64,000 bases of DNA from Podarcis pityusensis (lineage: Eukaryota), in the NCBI GenBank assembly GCA_964106645.2, contig OZ067043.1, one strand, 5' to 3'. The position numbers and the translations under genes were made by a program. Below the pieces are notes generated by a model. The model was not told the origin of the DNA, ran no database searches, and saw only the letters and a list, made by a program, of their open reading frames with translations. The first letter of the stretch is position 1, and the number at the start of each line of letters is the position of its first letter. Below are positions 1-10,950 of the stretch, piece by piece.

Positions 1-634
1 TGCGTATGTACTTTGGCTAGTGCATGGTATGCTTGGAATGCAGTTCAGATGGTGTATTGACCCATTTATGTGTCAGGAAGGAAGAGATGAGAGCACACCT
101 GAGGATTAAGCATCTAGGTCATTTTTTTTGCAAAGTGGGAGCAGCCACTGCAGACACTAGTGTGCATTTTGGACAGTAGTGAGTTGCTGGCAGGAAAGAG
201 AAGCATAAAGTAGAACTGGAAGGTGCTGCGAATAGGCACAGTGCAGGGTTGGGGAACCTTTTTTCAGGGCTGCATATCCTTTTGAACATCCTTCCAAGGG
301 CTGCATGTGGTGGGTTAGACAAACTCATGGAGGATAAGGCTATCAAAGGCTACTAGTCATGGTGGGAATATAATTTGTCTCCAGGGTCAGAGGCTGCATA
401 CCAATCACTGGGGGACGACAGCCAGAGTGGGCTATTGCTATCATTTCCTGCTTGTAGGCTCCCTAGAGGCTGGCCACTGTAGTAAATGGGATGCTGCACC
501 AAATGATCCAGCAAGGCTGTTCTTCTGACTATGCTGGCAATGAAAGTGAATTAATCTTTTATTTCCTCACCTCTGCTCCTACAGTGGAATGTTAATGTTT
601 ACTGGTCTCTCTCTCTCTCTCTCTCTTAACATAG

Positions 635-886
635 GCTGATACCATGTTAAAGATGGGTTTCCAGCAGCAGGTTTTAGACATTTTGGAAAATATCCCCACA
701 GACCGTCAGACTATTCTGGTGTCTGCCACAATGCCTTTCGGCACTGAACAGCTGGCCAATCGACTTCTGCAAAATCCAGTGAAAATAACCATCGGAGAAA
801 AGAACCAGCCATGTTCCAACGTTCGCCAGATTATCTTGTGGGTAGAAGAACCGTCCAAAAAGAAAAAGCTTTTTGAAATATTAAAT
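635..886 (+). CDS. DDX59: DDX59 coding exon (ADTMLKMGF...KKLFEILN)
   Basis: Acceptor atag at 631-634 after a (CT)n tract; donor gttagt at 887; 84 codons including SAT. Confidence 0.93.
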
Positions 887-3638
887 GTTAGTATCCTTGG
901 AAGGGAGAACCTGTTGTTTTTCTTCCACAAATTGTGATTCTTTGCAGATTTGGAGGAGAGAAACTGGAAAATGGCTGTTTAACTGATTCAGCTTTGTTCT
1001 TGAGAGCTCCCCAGCAGAGAGGCATAAACACGTCCCAGCAATTCAGTTTAGCCAATGCTTTTGTTGAAACTTGTGGAAGAAGAAACAAAATGTTTATTGT
1101 TTCAATATTGTTGGTGATATTCATTAGCTTATTATTGCATTTTCAGTACTTTATAATCTGTGATTCTGAGAGGCATTTAAGTAGCCCAGTGTTGACGTGT
1201 TTAGAAATAGGCAGGATCCAAAGCATCATGGCTGGGATCCAATGAAAAGTTCCTTTGCAGTTCTAACCATCTATACTCAGAATTAAGGTCTATTGAATTC
1301 AGTGGACCTTACTCCAGGTAAAGGAGGTCGCGGTAGCAACTCTTACCTATGTTTTTTCTCCAAACAGCAGCCCTAGCATGTTATATGGCAAACTGCTTTT
1401 TAAACTGAGGGTTAAAAGCAGTTTGTGATACGGAATAGTGAAAAAGAAAAAGCATCCAGTTCTATTATCCTAGTGCAAGTATATTGTTTATACTCTCATC
1501 CTCTTGCCAGAAATAGGATATTTTATTTTGGTAAATACATTGTGCAAGCCACATAGAAATAATCGTGCAAAAGCTGCAGTAATGCTAATATCACTGACGA
1601 GATTCCATTTTTAACAGCATTTCAAAGATACGTGCACAATCTACTTTAAACTTGTTAATATTACATAAGCTTGGCAGACTTGGAAGGGCCACGTTACTTT
1701 GTTCAGCTCTGCCACCTCCCACAGCTCCCTCAGTTTAGCAATATGCTTAACATTCCAGTACGTACCATACAGAATTCTAGCTGTAGTCATGTGAGACAGC
1801 AAAGTTTCCTTCTCATTAGAATTTTTGTTTTATAAAGGTCAACAGGAATGTTCAAAAAAGGGTAACCAAAATGATCAAGTGAGTGGAGCAACTCACTTTG
1901 CAGTATTCTGGGCTTTAGAGAAAAACCAAGTAAGAGGTGGCATGATGGAATTGTGTAAGATTATGCATGGCGTGAATAAAGTGGTTGGAGAAATGCTTTT
2001 CTTCCTCTCATAATTGTTGAAAGATTCAGGACAGGCAAAACAAAGTACTTATTTATATGGCTCATAGTTAAACTCTGGAATTCGTTCCCACGGCAGACAG
2101 TGCTAGCCACCAACTTGGATGGCTTTAAAAGAGGATTAGACAAATTCGAAGAGGTGAAGGCTCTCAGTGGCTACTAGTCACAGTGGCTATGTTTTGCATC
2201 TGTGGCTGAAGGCTGTATGCTTCTGAATACCAGTTCCTGGAAACTGCAGGACCTCCTGTGCTCAGGTCCTGCTTACAGCTTCCCACGGGCATCTGACTGA
2301 CTGCTGTAAGAACAGGATATTGGACGAGATGGGCCATTGGCCTGAGCAGGCAGACTTCTTATGTTTCTGGGTCTAAGGACAATCTAATATTACTCTGCCT
2401 CCAATTCTTACTGATGATTTTTAAAAGCTTCCATGGCTGAGTCAATGAATATTATAATTTAAGTAAAAAAAATCTATATTTGCACTCGAAACCATCCCTT
2501 AGTTTGATAATAAAGGATATATATCTAAAATGTAAAATTGGGACACGTGTAACATTTTTTAAATTGACATCGTTTCAGTAGAATGTATGCACACTAATTA
2601 AGAGAAAGAGTTGTAAGTGTTGATCATGCAAGACTTTAAATGAGACTTTGCTTTGTTTTAGGATAAGAAACTGTTCAAACCTCCTGTGCTGGTATTTGTA
2701 GAATGCAAACTGGGTGCAGATCTCCTGAGCGATGCTGTACATAAAATTACAGGCTTGCAAACAATTTCTATGCATGCTGATAAATCACAGATAGAAAGAA
2801 CTGCCATATTACAGGTTTGTAGATATCTCTGATGCCCATTTTCTAAAAGATTCCTATTCTTAAGGCCGTAGTCCTGTACACATTTACTTGGGAGTAAGTC
2901 CCATTGAACTCTGCTGAATTTACTTCTGAGTAGATGTGTATAGGCTTTTACTGCTGAATTATTTGTGCTTTCTTGCCACATTTTTGAAACAGGTTGCAAT
3001 TTTCTGTGAATTTCATGAATGCTTTGTATAGGTTCAATCCATCACAATTCTGTTCTATGCAGCATTCTGGATTGCTGCACAGATGCTGCTCTCCAACCAA
3101 ATTAAGCTGTACTTTGTAAGCAGCAATGCCTCTCTCCATGTGAACCTACCCAGACCCTGAGATCATCATCTGAGATCCTTCTTTGTATTCCTCCTGTACG
3201 AGAGGTCCGGAGGGTGGCAACCTAAGAATGGGCCTTTTCTGCAGTGGAATGCTCTCCCTAGGGAGGTTTGGCTGGCGCCTTCATTGTACACCTTTAGGTG
3301 CCAGGTTAAAATGTTCCTCTTTGACTAGGCCTTTGGCTGATTAACATCCGATACCCTTTTAAATGTGGCTGTGGGAGAGGGTGGGGGGCTTATTGGTTTG
3401 TTTTTGTTTTTATTATGTATTTTGTGTTTTTTATCTTGTATTTCTATGTTATGAACCGCTCTGAGATCTACAGATTTTAATAAATAGAATCATAGAATTG
3501 TAGAGTTGGAAGGGACCATGAGGGTCATCTAGTCCAACCCCCTGCAATGCAGGAATCTTTTTGTCCAACATGGGGCTTGAATCCACAGTCCTGAGATTAA
3601 GAGTCTCATGCTCTACGGACTGAGCTTTCCACAGAAGA

Positions 3639-3683
<45 letters not shown>

Positions 3684-5144
3684 TTGCTGACCCTGTTGCC
3701 ATGCTCATTCTGAGAATTCATCAGTGGTCTGGGAAAATTACTTGATCTGATCCACGTACAAATTTTAGGGCAACAACCATATTTCATGAGGGTATATTGA
3801 AAATAGTGGCCAGCAGGGGGAACAGGGTGCCTGGGGCTTTTAGTGTGCAGTAATATTTATTAGTAAGGCTGGCTTTAGATCAGGGGTGGGGGTCCTGCAG
3901 CCAACCAGACAATGTTTGGCTACATTTCCATTAACCATGGAGGCTGTGACTGATGGGAGTCCAACCACATTTGAAGAGCCACAGCTTACCCACCTAGTTT
4001 TAGATGCAGTTTATCATTAATGTTTTTAAACATACTTGAACATTCAGAGAAGCAGCTAGACTGACTGTGAGTTCAAGTTCAGAGTATATATATGAGAGGA
4101 GCTAGCTTTTAGTTCTATTTAAATACTTTTAAGTTATTCTTCTTCCTTTTTATTTTTTTGCTTGTTGCCCTGTTGCTCTTTTTTGTTTCCTTTTGAAATA
4201 TTTTCAGAATTTGGCTTCACTGTGAATTCTGCAGCTTAATTTCCCTTGTTGGAAATCTTGTCTTGTAACTTTTGATTACAAGACAAGCAACAGAATTCTT
4301 AATGTTAAATATTTATTTCTAGTTACATCCTGCACCTTAACAACAAGACCATTTTAAGGAAGCTGAAATAATGTTTCTATATGCTTTGCATTAGGGATTA
4401 TTTCAAGGCAAGTATGAAGTTGTAGTAAGCACTGGAGTCCTGGGACGTGGACTTGACCTTGTCAACGTTAAGCTGGTCGTGAATTTTGACATGCCATCAA
4501 GTATGGATGAATACGTACACCAGGTAAATATACTTTTCTGCTGTACTATTTAATTTAATAGTTATTGGTTGCATTTTAGCTCTATAAGCTCTGTGAGAAG
4601 CATACAAAATAATGGAAAAATATTTTATTATAAATGGTTAACACTGCTACTCTTCAGCAGCCTCAGGTGGAATGACTGGTTGCTCATCAGAGTTTCCAGA
4701 AGGGCCAGAAAGTAGCAGAATCTGCTACTTGAGATAAGAGAGGGAGGTTTTCTTACTGTACAGAAACTAAACTTTGATTGTAAACTTTGATAATATGAGG
4801 ATTACAGCTACCTGAGGGATTCTTTTGGTTTCATGAGACAGATAATTGGGCCAAATTTAAATACAGTTGTTTATTTTTAGGTTGGAAGAGCAGGTCGGCT
4901 GGGTCACAGTGGAACTGCAATCACTTTTGTGAATAACAGCAGCAAGAAACTTTTCTGGGATGTTGTGAAGCGTGTTAAACCAACTGGCACTATTCTCCCA
5001 CCCCAGTTATTAAATTCTCCATATCTACATGACCAGAAGAGGAAAGAACAGCAGCGAAGTAAACAATCTCAGAATGGCCTTGTAACGAGTGACAATCTTA
5101 TGGACGTTATTAGAAAACACAGCAAAAGCTCTTCTCAGAAGTAA
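635..5144 (+). CDS. DDX59: DEAD-box RNA helicase DDX59, 3' part (last 4 coding exons; 5' exons are outside the window)
   Basis: Exons 635-886, 2662-2814, 4395-4523 and 4881-5144 are all AG/GT-flanked and join at phase 0. The spliced protein has motif III SAT, motif V ([10 protein letters not shown]) and motif VI (HQVGRAGR), ending in TAA at 5142-5144. DDX59 next to KIF14 matches the known vertebrate gene order. Confidence 0.95.
1836..2360 (+). mobile_element. Decayed CR1-type LINE 3' fragment
   Basis: Degenerate ORF2 C-terminus (vQKRvTKMI...LEK..RGgM.E..KIM.G) and a 3' tail (gattagacaaattc...ggctactagtc). Related tails occur at about 310-520 and 27350-27540. Boundaries are approximate. Confidence 0.65.
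2662..2814 (+). CDS. DDX59: DDX59 coding exon ([13 protein letters not shown]...ERTAILQ)
   Basis: ttttag acceptor, gtttgt donor, 51 codons; contains helicase motif IV VLVFV. Confidence 0.93.
3130..3480 (+). mobile_element. L2-type LINE 3' fragment
   Basis: Degenerate ORF2 end (gccttttct...tggaatgctctccc) and the gaaccgctctgag terminal motif. Confidence 0.6.
3486..3626 (-). mobile_element. tRNA-Lys(CTT)-derived SINE with CR1-type 3' tail
   Basis: Minus strand reads agctcagtccgtagagcatgagactcttaatctcagg...ttcaagccccatgttgg, then a CR1 3' end finishing in ttctatgattcta. Confidence 0.8.
3638..3683. repeat. (AAT)n microsatellite
   Basis: Direct inspection. Confidence 0.95.
4395..4523 (+). CDS. 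DDX59: DDX59 coding exon ([22 protein letters not shown]...EYVHQ)
   Basis: ttag acceptor, gtaaat donor, 43 codons; contains motif V. Confidence 0.94.
4881..5144 (+). CDS. DDX59: DDX59 terminal coding exon (VGRAGRLG...KSSSQK*)
   Basis: tttttag acceptor; completes motif VI; stop TAA. Confidence 0.94.
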   Translation, partial: VGRAGRLGHSGTAITFVNNSSKKLFWDVVKRVKPTGTILPPQLLNSPYLHDQKRKEQQRSKQSQNGLVTSDNLMDVIRKHSKSSSQK

Positions 5145-5515
5145 CAAGTGATACTGTCCTTCTAAATACAACTGTTTTGTACAACTTGTATGACTAAGTG
5201 ATGAATTTTTAACTTTGGAGGCATAATCTAACCAAATTTTAGCAGTTTGAAGCCTTACTGATTTTGTTCGTAGAGTTAAAGCAAAAGCTTAATATTTTTC
5301 CTTGAAATTTAATGGGCCTTCTGCAAGGTTATTAGCCTGAAAGAGTGACTTAAGTCGTCCAGCAAGCTTTGTTATGAGAATGCTTTTATACTTCATATTT
5401 TGTACTCAGTATTAAGTAGTAAAGTACGTAGCATCATGAACTTTAAACGGAATATGCACATCTTAAAGATCTGGGTTTCCCTTGCAAGAAATGTAACATG
5501 TAATTCACTGTTATA

Positions 5516-5790
5516 TAATAATAATAATAATAATTTTTATTTATACCCTGCCCTCCCCAGCCAAGGCCAGGCTCAGAGCGGCTTACAAGCAATGATAAAA
5601 ACAAATTGAATGATTACAACTTAAAAACAAAATTAAAATACAACATTAAAATATGGAAACATTAAAATATTAAAATGTAGCCTCATCGCAGGAGGAGAAG
5701 GAAAGGAAAAAAGAAAGAAAGGGAGGGAGGGAGGGAATCAAATTGGCTCCAAGCCAAAGGCCAGGCGGAACAACTCTGTCTTACAGGCCC
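5516..5790 (-). mobile_element. L2-type LINE 3' end
   Basis: (AAT)n tail and tataccctgccc...ctcagagcggcttac terminal motif. Confidence 0.55.
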
Positions 5791-6234
5791 TTGCTATGGG
5801 ACCCTAAGCAGCAGACATGTGGCAACTGGTTAGCCTCCCATCCAGTTACCATCCAGTAACCCAAAAGGTTGTGGTCTCATGTCGTTGCAGAGGACAAGTA
5901 TGATGATGAGACCAGAGCAACCTGAGTTGGTTATAGCGTTCCATAAAGATGGTTACTGGGCACTCAGACCCTTTTAGTTCAGGCAACCAGAATGACCAGT
6001 ACTGAGCACAGCAAGGGTGAAAGAGTTGATTCCGGATGCTCTGCACCTCTTTAAATTTAGACCTTGTCCAACTAAGGGAGGTTAGCCATGTGCCTGACAA
6101 GCAGAGGTGCTGTGGGTATGTGAGATTCCAGTCTCTTCTGAGTTTGTTTGCTGTGGTGGTTGGCAAGAGAGTATTGGAGGCATTGAGGAATGACCAAAAG
6201 GAGGACCAAGGAAAGAATAAGAAAGAGTAGACTC

Positions 6235-6442
6235 AAGTAATCTGCCTTGGTAGTCACACCCACCTTGTGGAACGCCCTCCCATCAGATGTCAAGGAAATA
6301 AACAACTATTTGACTTTTAGAAGACATTGGAAGGCAGCCATGTTTAGGGAAGTTTTTAATTTTTGATGTTGTGTTGTGTTTTAATAAGTTGGAAGCAGCC
6401 AAGAGTGGCTGGGGGAGCCCAGTCAGATGGGCGGCAAATAAA

Positions 6443-6484
<42 letters not shown>
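6235..6484 (+). mobile_element. L2-type LINE 3' end with (TTA)n tail
   Basis: ttgtggaacgccctccc motif; terminal gagtggctggg...gatgggcgg, shared with the copy at 59098-59196. Confidence 0.65.
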
Positions 6485-6485
<1 letters not shown>

Positions 6486-6935
6486 AGTCTAACTGTTAGG
6501 AAGATCAGCTAAAATATCCCCCTTTGTAGCCCAGAGGCTTTCTGGGGAAATTGAATTATAGCTGGATACTTGAAGATCACTTTCCAGTCAGCCCAGTACT
6601 ACCCATGGTAAAAATAGGGCCAAAAATCATTAAAAAATAATAATAATACAAGGCCATGCAGAATTTATAATACTGGCTTAGATGGTCTGAGCTGCTATAA
6701 AGCAATTTCACATGAAGTGTTCCTTATTTCCCTGCCCCTGTTTCAAATACAAATCTCTTTAACTTTTTTAAATAAAAAAATGTTGGTCACATGGAAGTCC
6801 TAATTCAACTGGTCAAATGACATAAACTCTCATCTATGAAACCTCATCCCACAAAAAAAGTGTTAGGTCCTGCTTTTTACAAAATACTCTAATTCTTCTC
6901 TTTTGTGATACATTTTTTCAGATGAGAAATTAATA

Positions 6936-7399
6936 TTTTTTTAATAAAATATTTTTAATTAAAGTTTTCAGGTTTTACATTTCTACATTAGCATCCTTCA
7001 TTCTACCCATACATTCAGTGACTTCCCTCCTTCCTCTTCCAAGTTTTTTTATTTATTTATCCATAATTCTTGCATATTCTTGTATATCTATCTAAATCAG
7101 TTTTTCCCCATTTTACACCCTTCCCCAAATTCACCCTGTTGAATTTACCTTGATACTACCAGGGTTTTCAACTGTGTACAATTATTTTCCACATACTCAG
7201 CAAAAAAGTTCCACTCCTCTTTAAATACCTGTTCTTCTTGCTCTCTTATTTTACTTAGACCTGCTAACTCTGCATATTCTTTCACCTTAAATTGCCACTC
7301 ACTCTCCATTTTGGGGCTAACAAAATCTGGGCCGCTGTTGTCACATACCTGGGTACCTCCTTCTGAACCATTCCTAACAGGAATGCCTTGGGGGTTTCC
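6936..7399 (-). mobile_element. L1-type LINE 3' fragment
   Basis: Minus-strand degenerate ORF2 C-terminus (AFLLG...YVTTAAQILLA...EEW), similar to the copy at 51615-52898, plus an A-rich end. Confidence 0.65.
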
Positions 7400-7768
7400 A
7401 GCACAAATCAGATTCCGATTTGTACATCTTAGCTAATTGGCTCAATGTTAAATACCATCTATGAATCAATTTCATATAATTTTCCTTCAAATAAATTAAA
7501 TTTGGACACTTAATTGGTTTAAATAAATGCTTTCCCTACATTTTGGGGGTCTTTTTTTTTAGCAGAAAATGTCCATTGTTCTATTTTTAAAAATGGCAGG
7601 GCAAAGCTGAAGAGGTTTGGAACAAATGGCAGCTTGAAAATGAAAATGCGTTTATTAACCAAGATGAAACATGGCTTGCTTCATTCATATGTAACTTCTT
7701 TCAGTTTCAGTCAGATTTAATCTGTAAATCAGATTAATGCAGACAATATTGTTGAATGATCATAGTGA

Positions 7769-7769
7769 G

Positions 7770-7814
<45 letters not shown>
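7769..7814. repeat. Compound (AT)n(AC)n microsatellite
   Basis: Direct inspection. Confidence 0.9.
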
Positions 7815-7817
<3 letters not shown>

Positions 7818-8061
7818 TATATATTTGGTACAGCATACTCTAGTAGGGACTTTAATAATGCATATGAAATTGGTATCCAGGTTAATTTCGTTATCTTGTT
7901 CTTGATCATATGTTCACCTTTTGTGTTTTATATGTAGAACATAATACAAAGTAAAGACAGCAAGAGTAATGAAACATAGGAGGAACCAAAATGGTAGTAG
8001 ACCTAGGCCTGTAGCAGAAAGGAGACGATCATATTCCAAGAGCTCTTCTGTAGGTTTAGAC

Positions 8062-8254
8062 TAGAGGTGCCAACTTGAATAAAATATTAGAAGGGGGGGG
8101 CGCAAGGAAGTCCTATCCCGCATAATCACATGACGTGGTGCATGGACACCATTTGAATGGCAACGCCCATCAACTTTAGGGGCCCAGTCCCCTCAAATGT
8201 TTTATTGGGAGGGGGGGGCAAAGGGATCTCAGTTCCTAGAAGTTTGCTCCTATG
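8062..8254. mobile_element. hAT-type MITE
   Basis: 8-bp target-site duplication (TSD) gtttagac at 8054-8061 and 8255-8262; imperfect terminal inverted repeats (TIRs). Confidence 0.65.
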
Positions 8255-8790
8255 GTTTAGACTTTATTTTTTGAATTTATATTCTTCCCAAAAGGAACCC
8301 AGGGTGGCAAACACATTTTTACTGAAACCATGCAATTAAAAATAAAACCTTAAACATCTGAAAGCATACCTAAAACTGCTTTTGGTATAGCCAGACATTA
8401 ACCCTAGGTGAGAACTAGTCTAAATGGCAAATTGGGTAGATGCTGTCAACAGTACGTAGCAATTTCAAGAAAAGTGAGCAGCGCAGCAGGTGTGACTTTT
8501 ACTTTTGTATAGTAGGCTATGTTCAGCTCTGCAAAAGTTCAGGTTTCTACAGACCTTTCCATTCAGGCGAGCAAGAGGTGTCATCACAATTCAAGGTCAC
8601 ATTCCAGCCAGGCTAAAACACTTGAGAAGGGTGGGGAGCAGGGCTGCACAATGGGTGTGGCCTGGGGGGGTGTGCCTCAGGGTCACATTCAGCCTTCTGG
8701 AAGAAGGTACAGGGTTATAAAGACTAGGCCTGAGAAACAGTTTTTAGCCAAACGTGATTTTGGTTTTAAACGCAGTGTAAGGTAGTCTCT

Positions 8791-9136
8791 GGGACGCGGG
8801 TGGCGCTGTGGGTTAAACCACAGAGCCTAGGACTTGCCGATCAGAAGGTCGGTGGTTCAAATCCCTGCAACGGGGTGAGCTCCTGTTTCTCGGTCCCTGC
8901 TCCTGCCAACCTAGCAGTTCAAAAGCACATCAAAATGCAAGTAGATAAATAGGTACCACTCTGGCGGGAAGGTAAACAGCGTTTCCGTGTGCTGCTCTGG
9001 TTTGCCAGAAGCGGCTTAGTCATGCTGGCCACATGACCCGGAAATTGTACGCTGGCTCCCTCGGCCTATAGAGCGAGATGAGCGCCGCAACCCCAGAGTC
9101 ACGACTGGACCTCATGGTCAGGGGTCCCTTTACCTT
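8791..9136 (+). mobile_element. Sauria SINE, full length
   Basis: gggacgcgggtggcgctgtggg head with A/B boxes; ccctttaccttt tail; TSD taaggtagtctct at 8778-8790 and 9137-9149. Confidence 0.92.
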
Positions 9137-9668
9137 TAAGGTAGTCTCTGGGAGTATATTGTATTTAATTATGGGGTGCCAGAGTTTTTAGGGGGTTAAC
9201 CAGGCTGGGATAGCAGGCTTGTTGGTTTTGAATGTCTGATGTAGATTTTTTTCAATTTCATTGTTCTGTATGGGACAATGGCAATAAAGATGTATGTATC
9301 GTATCTTGAGACCGAGGTTACTCAACCCTGCTGTGAGGTCAGGAGTTACCATTATAATTATTTATAAAAATTTGTATACCTCCCTTCATCCCAATATCAC
9401 ACAGCGGTTCACAACATACAAATACATACCGAGAACACATGAGCTAACTAGCTTGACAGTGAGTAGTACAGTAGTCACTTCCCTCTGGAAGTGGATAAGA
9501 AGTTCCACACTGCTAAGTTGTAGCTCATTGGTGAGCTTTGCAAGACATGATCTCTGCCCAAAAGGAAAAGTTCCCACATTTGGGCATTCCAACATCACTT
9601 GCTGGGAGTGCTGATGCAGGCAAGCTGCTACCTCAACCAACTTTCTGTCTTCTCATATTAAGAGTCAC

Positions 9669-9948
9669 AAAGCGAACTGGACTCCGTGGCAGGTTTTGAA
9701 TAAACATTCACAAACTTTTTATTGATAATAATCAGCTAAATAGTTTGAGGATCTATGCAACTTTGTAACATGCAGAAAACAGCATTCTCAGAGAAACCAA
9801 AGACAGGATCTGAGGGAAGCCGGGTGGGGGTGGGTGGGTTTTGTGTGGGAGGATGGGGGGAGGGAGGAAAAATGGGGGGGGGGGAATAAGGATGATATGT
9901 TTTTGGATAATAGGTTTTGTTTTAATTTTGAATAATTTTTTTTTTAAA
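9669..9948 (+). mobile_element. Short 5'-truncated L1-like 3' end
   Basis: G-rich 3' UTR with a T/A-rich end; direct repeat aagagtcac at 9660-9668 and 9949-9957. Confidence 0.5.
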
Positions 9949-10269
9949 AAGAGTCACGACAGGATTTTGAGGAGTACTAGGAGGTACCAGCAAAGGGTGG
10001 GAAAACCCGACTGAATAGCTGTACGTGCTGTGTCTGAAAGGTTTGGCTGCATGTTGGTTTGGGCTGCCCTGGGCAAGTGACCGACAAACTTAATAAATAA
10101 AATTTAATAATAATCTCAGCAGGAAAAACTGAACTGAAAACAAGAAGACTTTCCGTAATGGAGACACAAACAGCACCCGCATCTAGTATCATTTAGTTGA
10201 GATTGCATTTCAGGGGGTTGGACTAGATGACCCTTGGGATCTTTTCCTGCAATTCTATAATTTAAGAAT

Positions 10270-10950
10270 GGTTAGATTTGCAAGCACGAACGGTACTTCT
10301 TTCCCCCCACCCCCCTTGCTCCTCCCGGTCTATTAGTGTGGCGGCCTTCCGTTTAATGCTCTTCCCACTAAGAAAGGAGCGGAGTCTCCATTTAAACGCC
10401 ACCCACACGCTCTGCAAAAGCCGACGGCGCCCTGCCTTCTTCTCCCGCGCATCCGTCACCCCGCAAATGGCCGCAGCTCCGTTGAGAACCGGAGATGTCA
10501 CGAGCAGCCTCGCTTGCTCCGGCTTCCCTCTCGGAACTGCGTGTGACATCACCCTCCGTCTCAACCAATAGCAGGCGGCGGCGCCGCATTCGAATGGGGA
10601 GTTTAGGAGGCGCCGCAGGAGGGCGGGCTGTTGGTCGATCTCCTGAGGACAGGTGAGTCTCTGGACAGGTATCCTTCCTGGACAGGCATCAGCTGGCTCC
10701 GAGAGATCAGGCCGTCCTTTTCCCCCTGGGCTTCCTGCTTTAAAAATGCGGGACGTGTGGCTTTTTTGGTGGCGAAGAGGGTTGGTCTTCTGCTTCCTGC
10801 AGTCTAGTCTCTGTTTAAGGAAGGGGCTCCTTTGCTTCTGCCTACTATTTGATGCGGAGGGAGGACGCTATTCTTGCAGGGACCAAAAGCTAAGCAACGT
10901 TTACTTCAACGGATATTCTTAATAGGTGCTCTTCCGCCCCGCCCGAAGGC
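10270..10950 (+). promoter_or_regulatory. CpG-island promoter of KIF14 with CCAAT box, CDE-CHR-like element and GC boxes
   Basis: Strong local CpG/GC enrichment outside any recognisable repeat. CCAAT at 10565-10569; GGCGC-N4-TTCGAA at 10580-10594; GGGCGGG at 10621-10627; YY1-like AAATGGC near 10465; consensus donor AG|GTGAGT at 10652/10653. Confidence 0.8.
10595..10652 (+). other. KIF14: KIF14 probable non-coding exon 1 (5' boundary approximate)
   Basis: Perfect donor CAG|GTGAGT inside the CpG island. The next good acceptor is ttcttttttaacag at 12443, upstream of the start codon. Confidence 0.6.

Noticed and set aside
3555-3626. Apparent tRNA-Lys(CTT) gene on the minus strand
   Set aside because: Stems are mutated, the 5' acceptor end is missing and it runs straight into a CR1 tail, so it is a SINE head.
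3449-3787. ORF with a poly-Leu stretch resembling a signal peptide
   Set aside because: It is a translation of the (AAT)n microsatellite and the adjacent SINE.
10262-10922. Several overlapping ORFs on both strands at the promoter
   Set aside because: These are expected from stop-codon depletion in a CpG island and show no domain signatures.
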